In this document: piece after piece, positions 63,863-64,000 of the stretch
Layout: each line of letters begins with the position of its first letter
How positions within the stretch are numbered: position 1 is the first letter of the stretch
NCBI GenBank assembly: GCA_035311205.1
Contig: DATGDB010000047.1
Span: 14,914-78,913 of the forward strand
DNA from: Gaiellaceae bacterium
Lineage (GTDB): Bacteria; Actinomycetota; Thermoleophilia; Gaiellales; Gaiellaceae
Length of the DNA stretch: 64,000 nt
Direction of reading: 5' to 3'
Translations under genes and position numbers: made by a program
The notes under the pieces: model-generated
Seen by the model: only the letters and a program-made list of their open reading frames with translations
Told to the model about the DNA's origin: nothing
Database searches by the model: none

Positions 63863-64000
63863 TCCAGAAGGACGACCGCGACCGCCGCGTACTGGCATGC
63901 GGCTGCGGCGATGACGAGCGCATGAAAGAGCTCGTGGTAGCCGAAGACCTCCGGGACAGGGTCGGGGCGGCGGCGTGCGTACACGACCGCCCCGACGGTG
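63859..64000 (-). CDS. Hemolysin III / PAQR-family membrane protein, C-terminal end only (gene runs off the window)
   Basis: Reverse translation gives ...TVGAVVYARRRPDPVPEVFGYHELFHALVIAAAACQYAAVAVVLLD*. The GYHE.FH...V motif is typical of the last TM region of the family. The stop overlaps the helicase stop. Confidence 0.7.
   Translation of the reverse strand, partial: TVGAVVYARRRPDPVPEVFGYHELFHALVIAAAACQYAAVAVVLLD

Overview
This is a very GC-rich (by eye about two-thirds G+C or more), densely coding chromosomal segment. It looks like core genome of an actinobacterium. The actinobacterial signature cluster fhaA-fhaB-pstP-rodA-pbpA-pknB is present; a deep-branching lineage such as Thermoleophilia or Rubrobacteria is my guess only. 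I support about 65 CDS. They include:
- a PdtaS/PdtaR-like two-component pair at the left edge;
- two glutamine synthetase paralogues, one in a glnA-pat-PII-amt unit;
- an ABC-2/tandem-GNAT/methyltransferase/MFS operon;
- the FHA/PP2C/RodA/PBP/PknB cell-wall signalling cluster, flanked by two extra Ser/Thr kinases, plus ddl;
- gabT/pdxH, dinB, a multicopper oxidase and dcd;
- a pentose-phosphate supercluster (tkt | rpiB-tal-pgi-gnd-zwf-opcA);
- a PAS histidine kinase/OmpR pair;
- ctaC-ctaD-ctaB (caa3-type oxidase);
- a DEAD-box helicase.

I see no rRNA, tRNA, CRISPR array, transposase, integrase or prophage, and no obvious defence island. I do not find a convincing novel multi-gene system.

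The most interesting signal is cis-regulatory. Both glutamine synthetase genes are preceded, just upstream of their Shine-Dalgarno sequences, by the same element: a 16-nt block GAGGCAAYGGAGCCUC running into a terminator-like hairpin. The outer stem of the hairpin is identical in the two copies (AGCCUC/GGGGCU), the inner stem is completely different but still pairs, and a U-tract follows. This is a candidate nitrogen-responsive attenuator that I do not recognise as a known motif.

Smaller oddities:
- a headless relic of a CheR/CheB-type '[10 protein letters not shown]' coiled-coil abutting the PAS kinase;
- an 18-aa tandem-repeat membrane protein;
- two gene relics or frameshift candidates;
- a rhodanese whose homology extends upstream of any canonical start;
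- a head-to-head overlap of a GT39 and a PAP2 gene;
- several structured intergenic hairpins.

Many long ORFs in the track are Arg/Pro/Gly-rich antisense artefacts of high GC content and were rejected.
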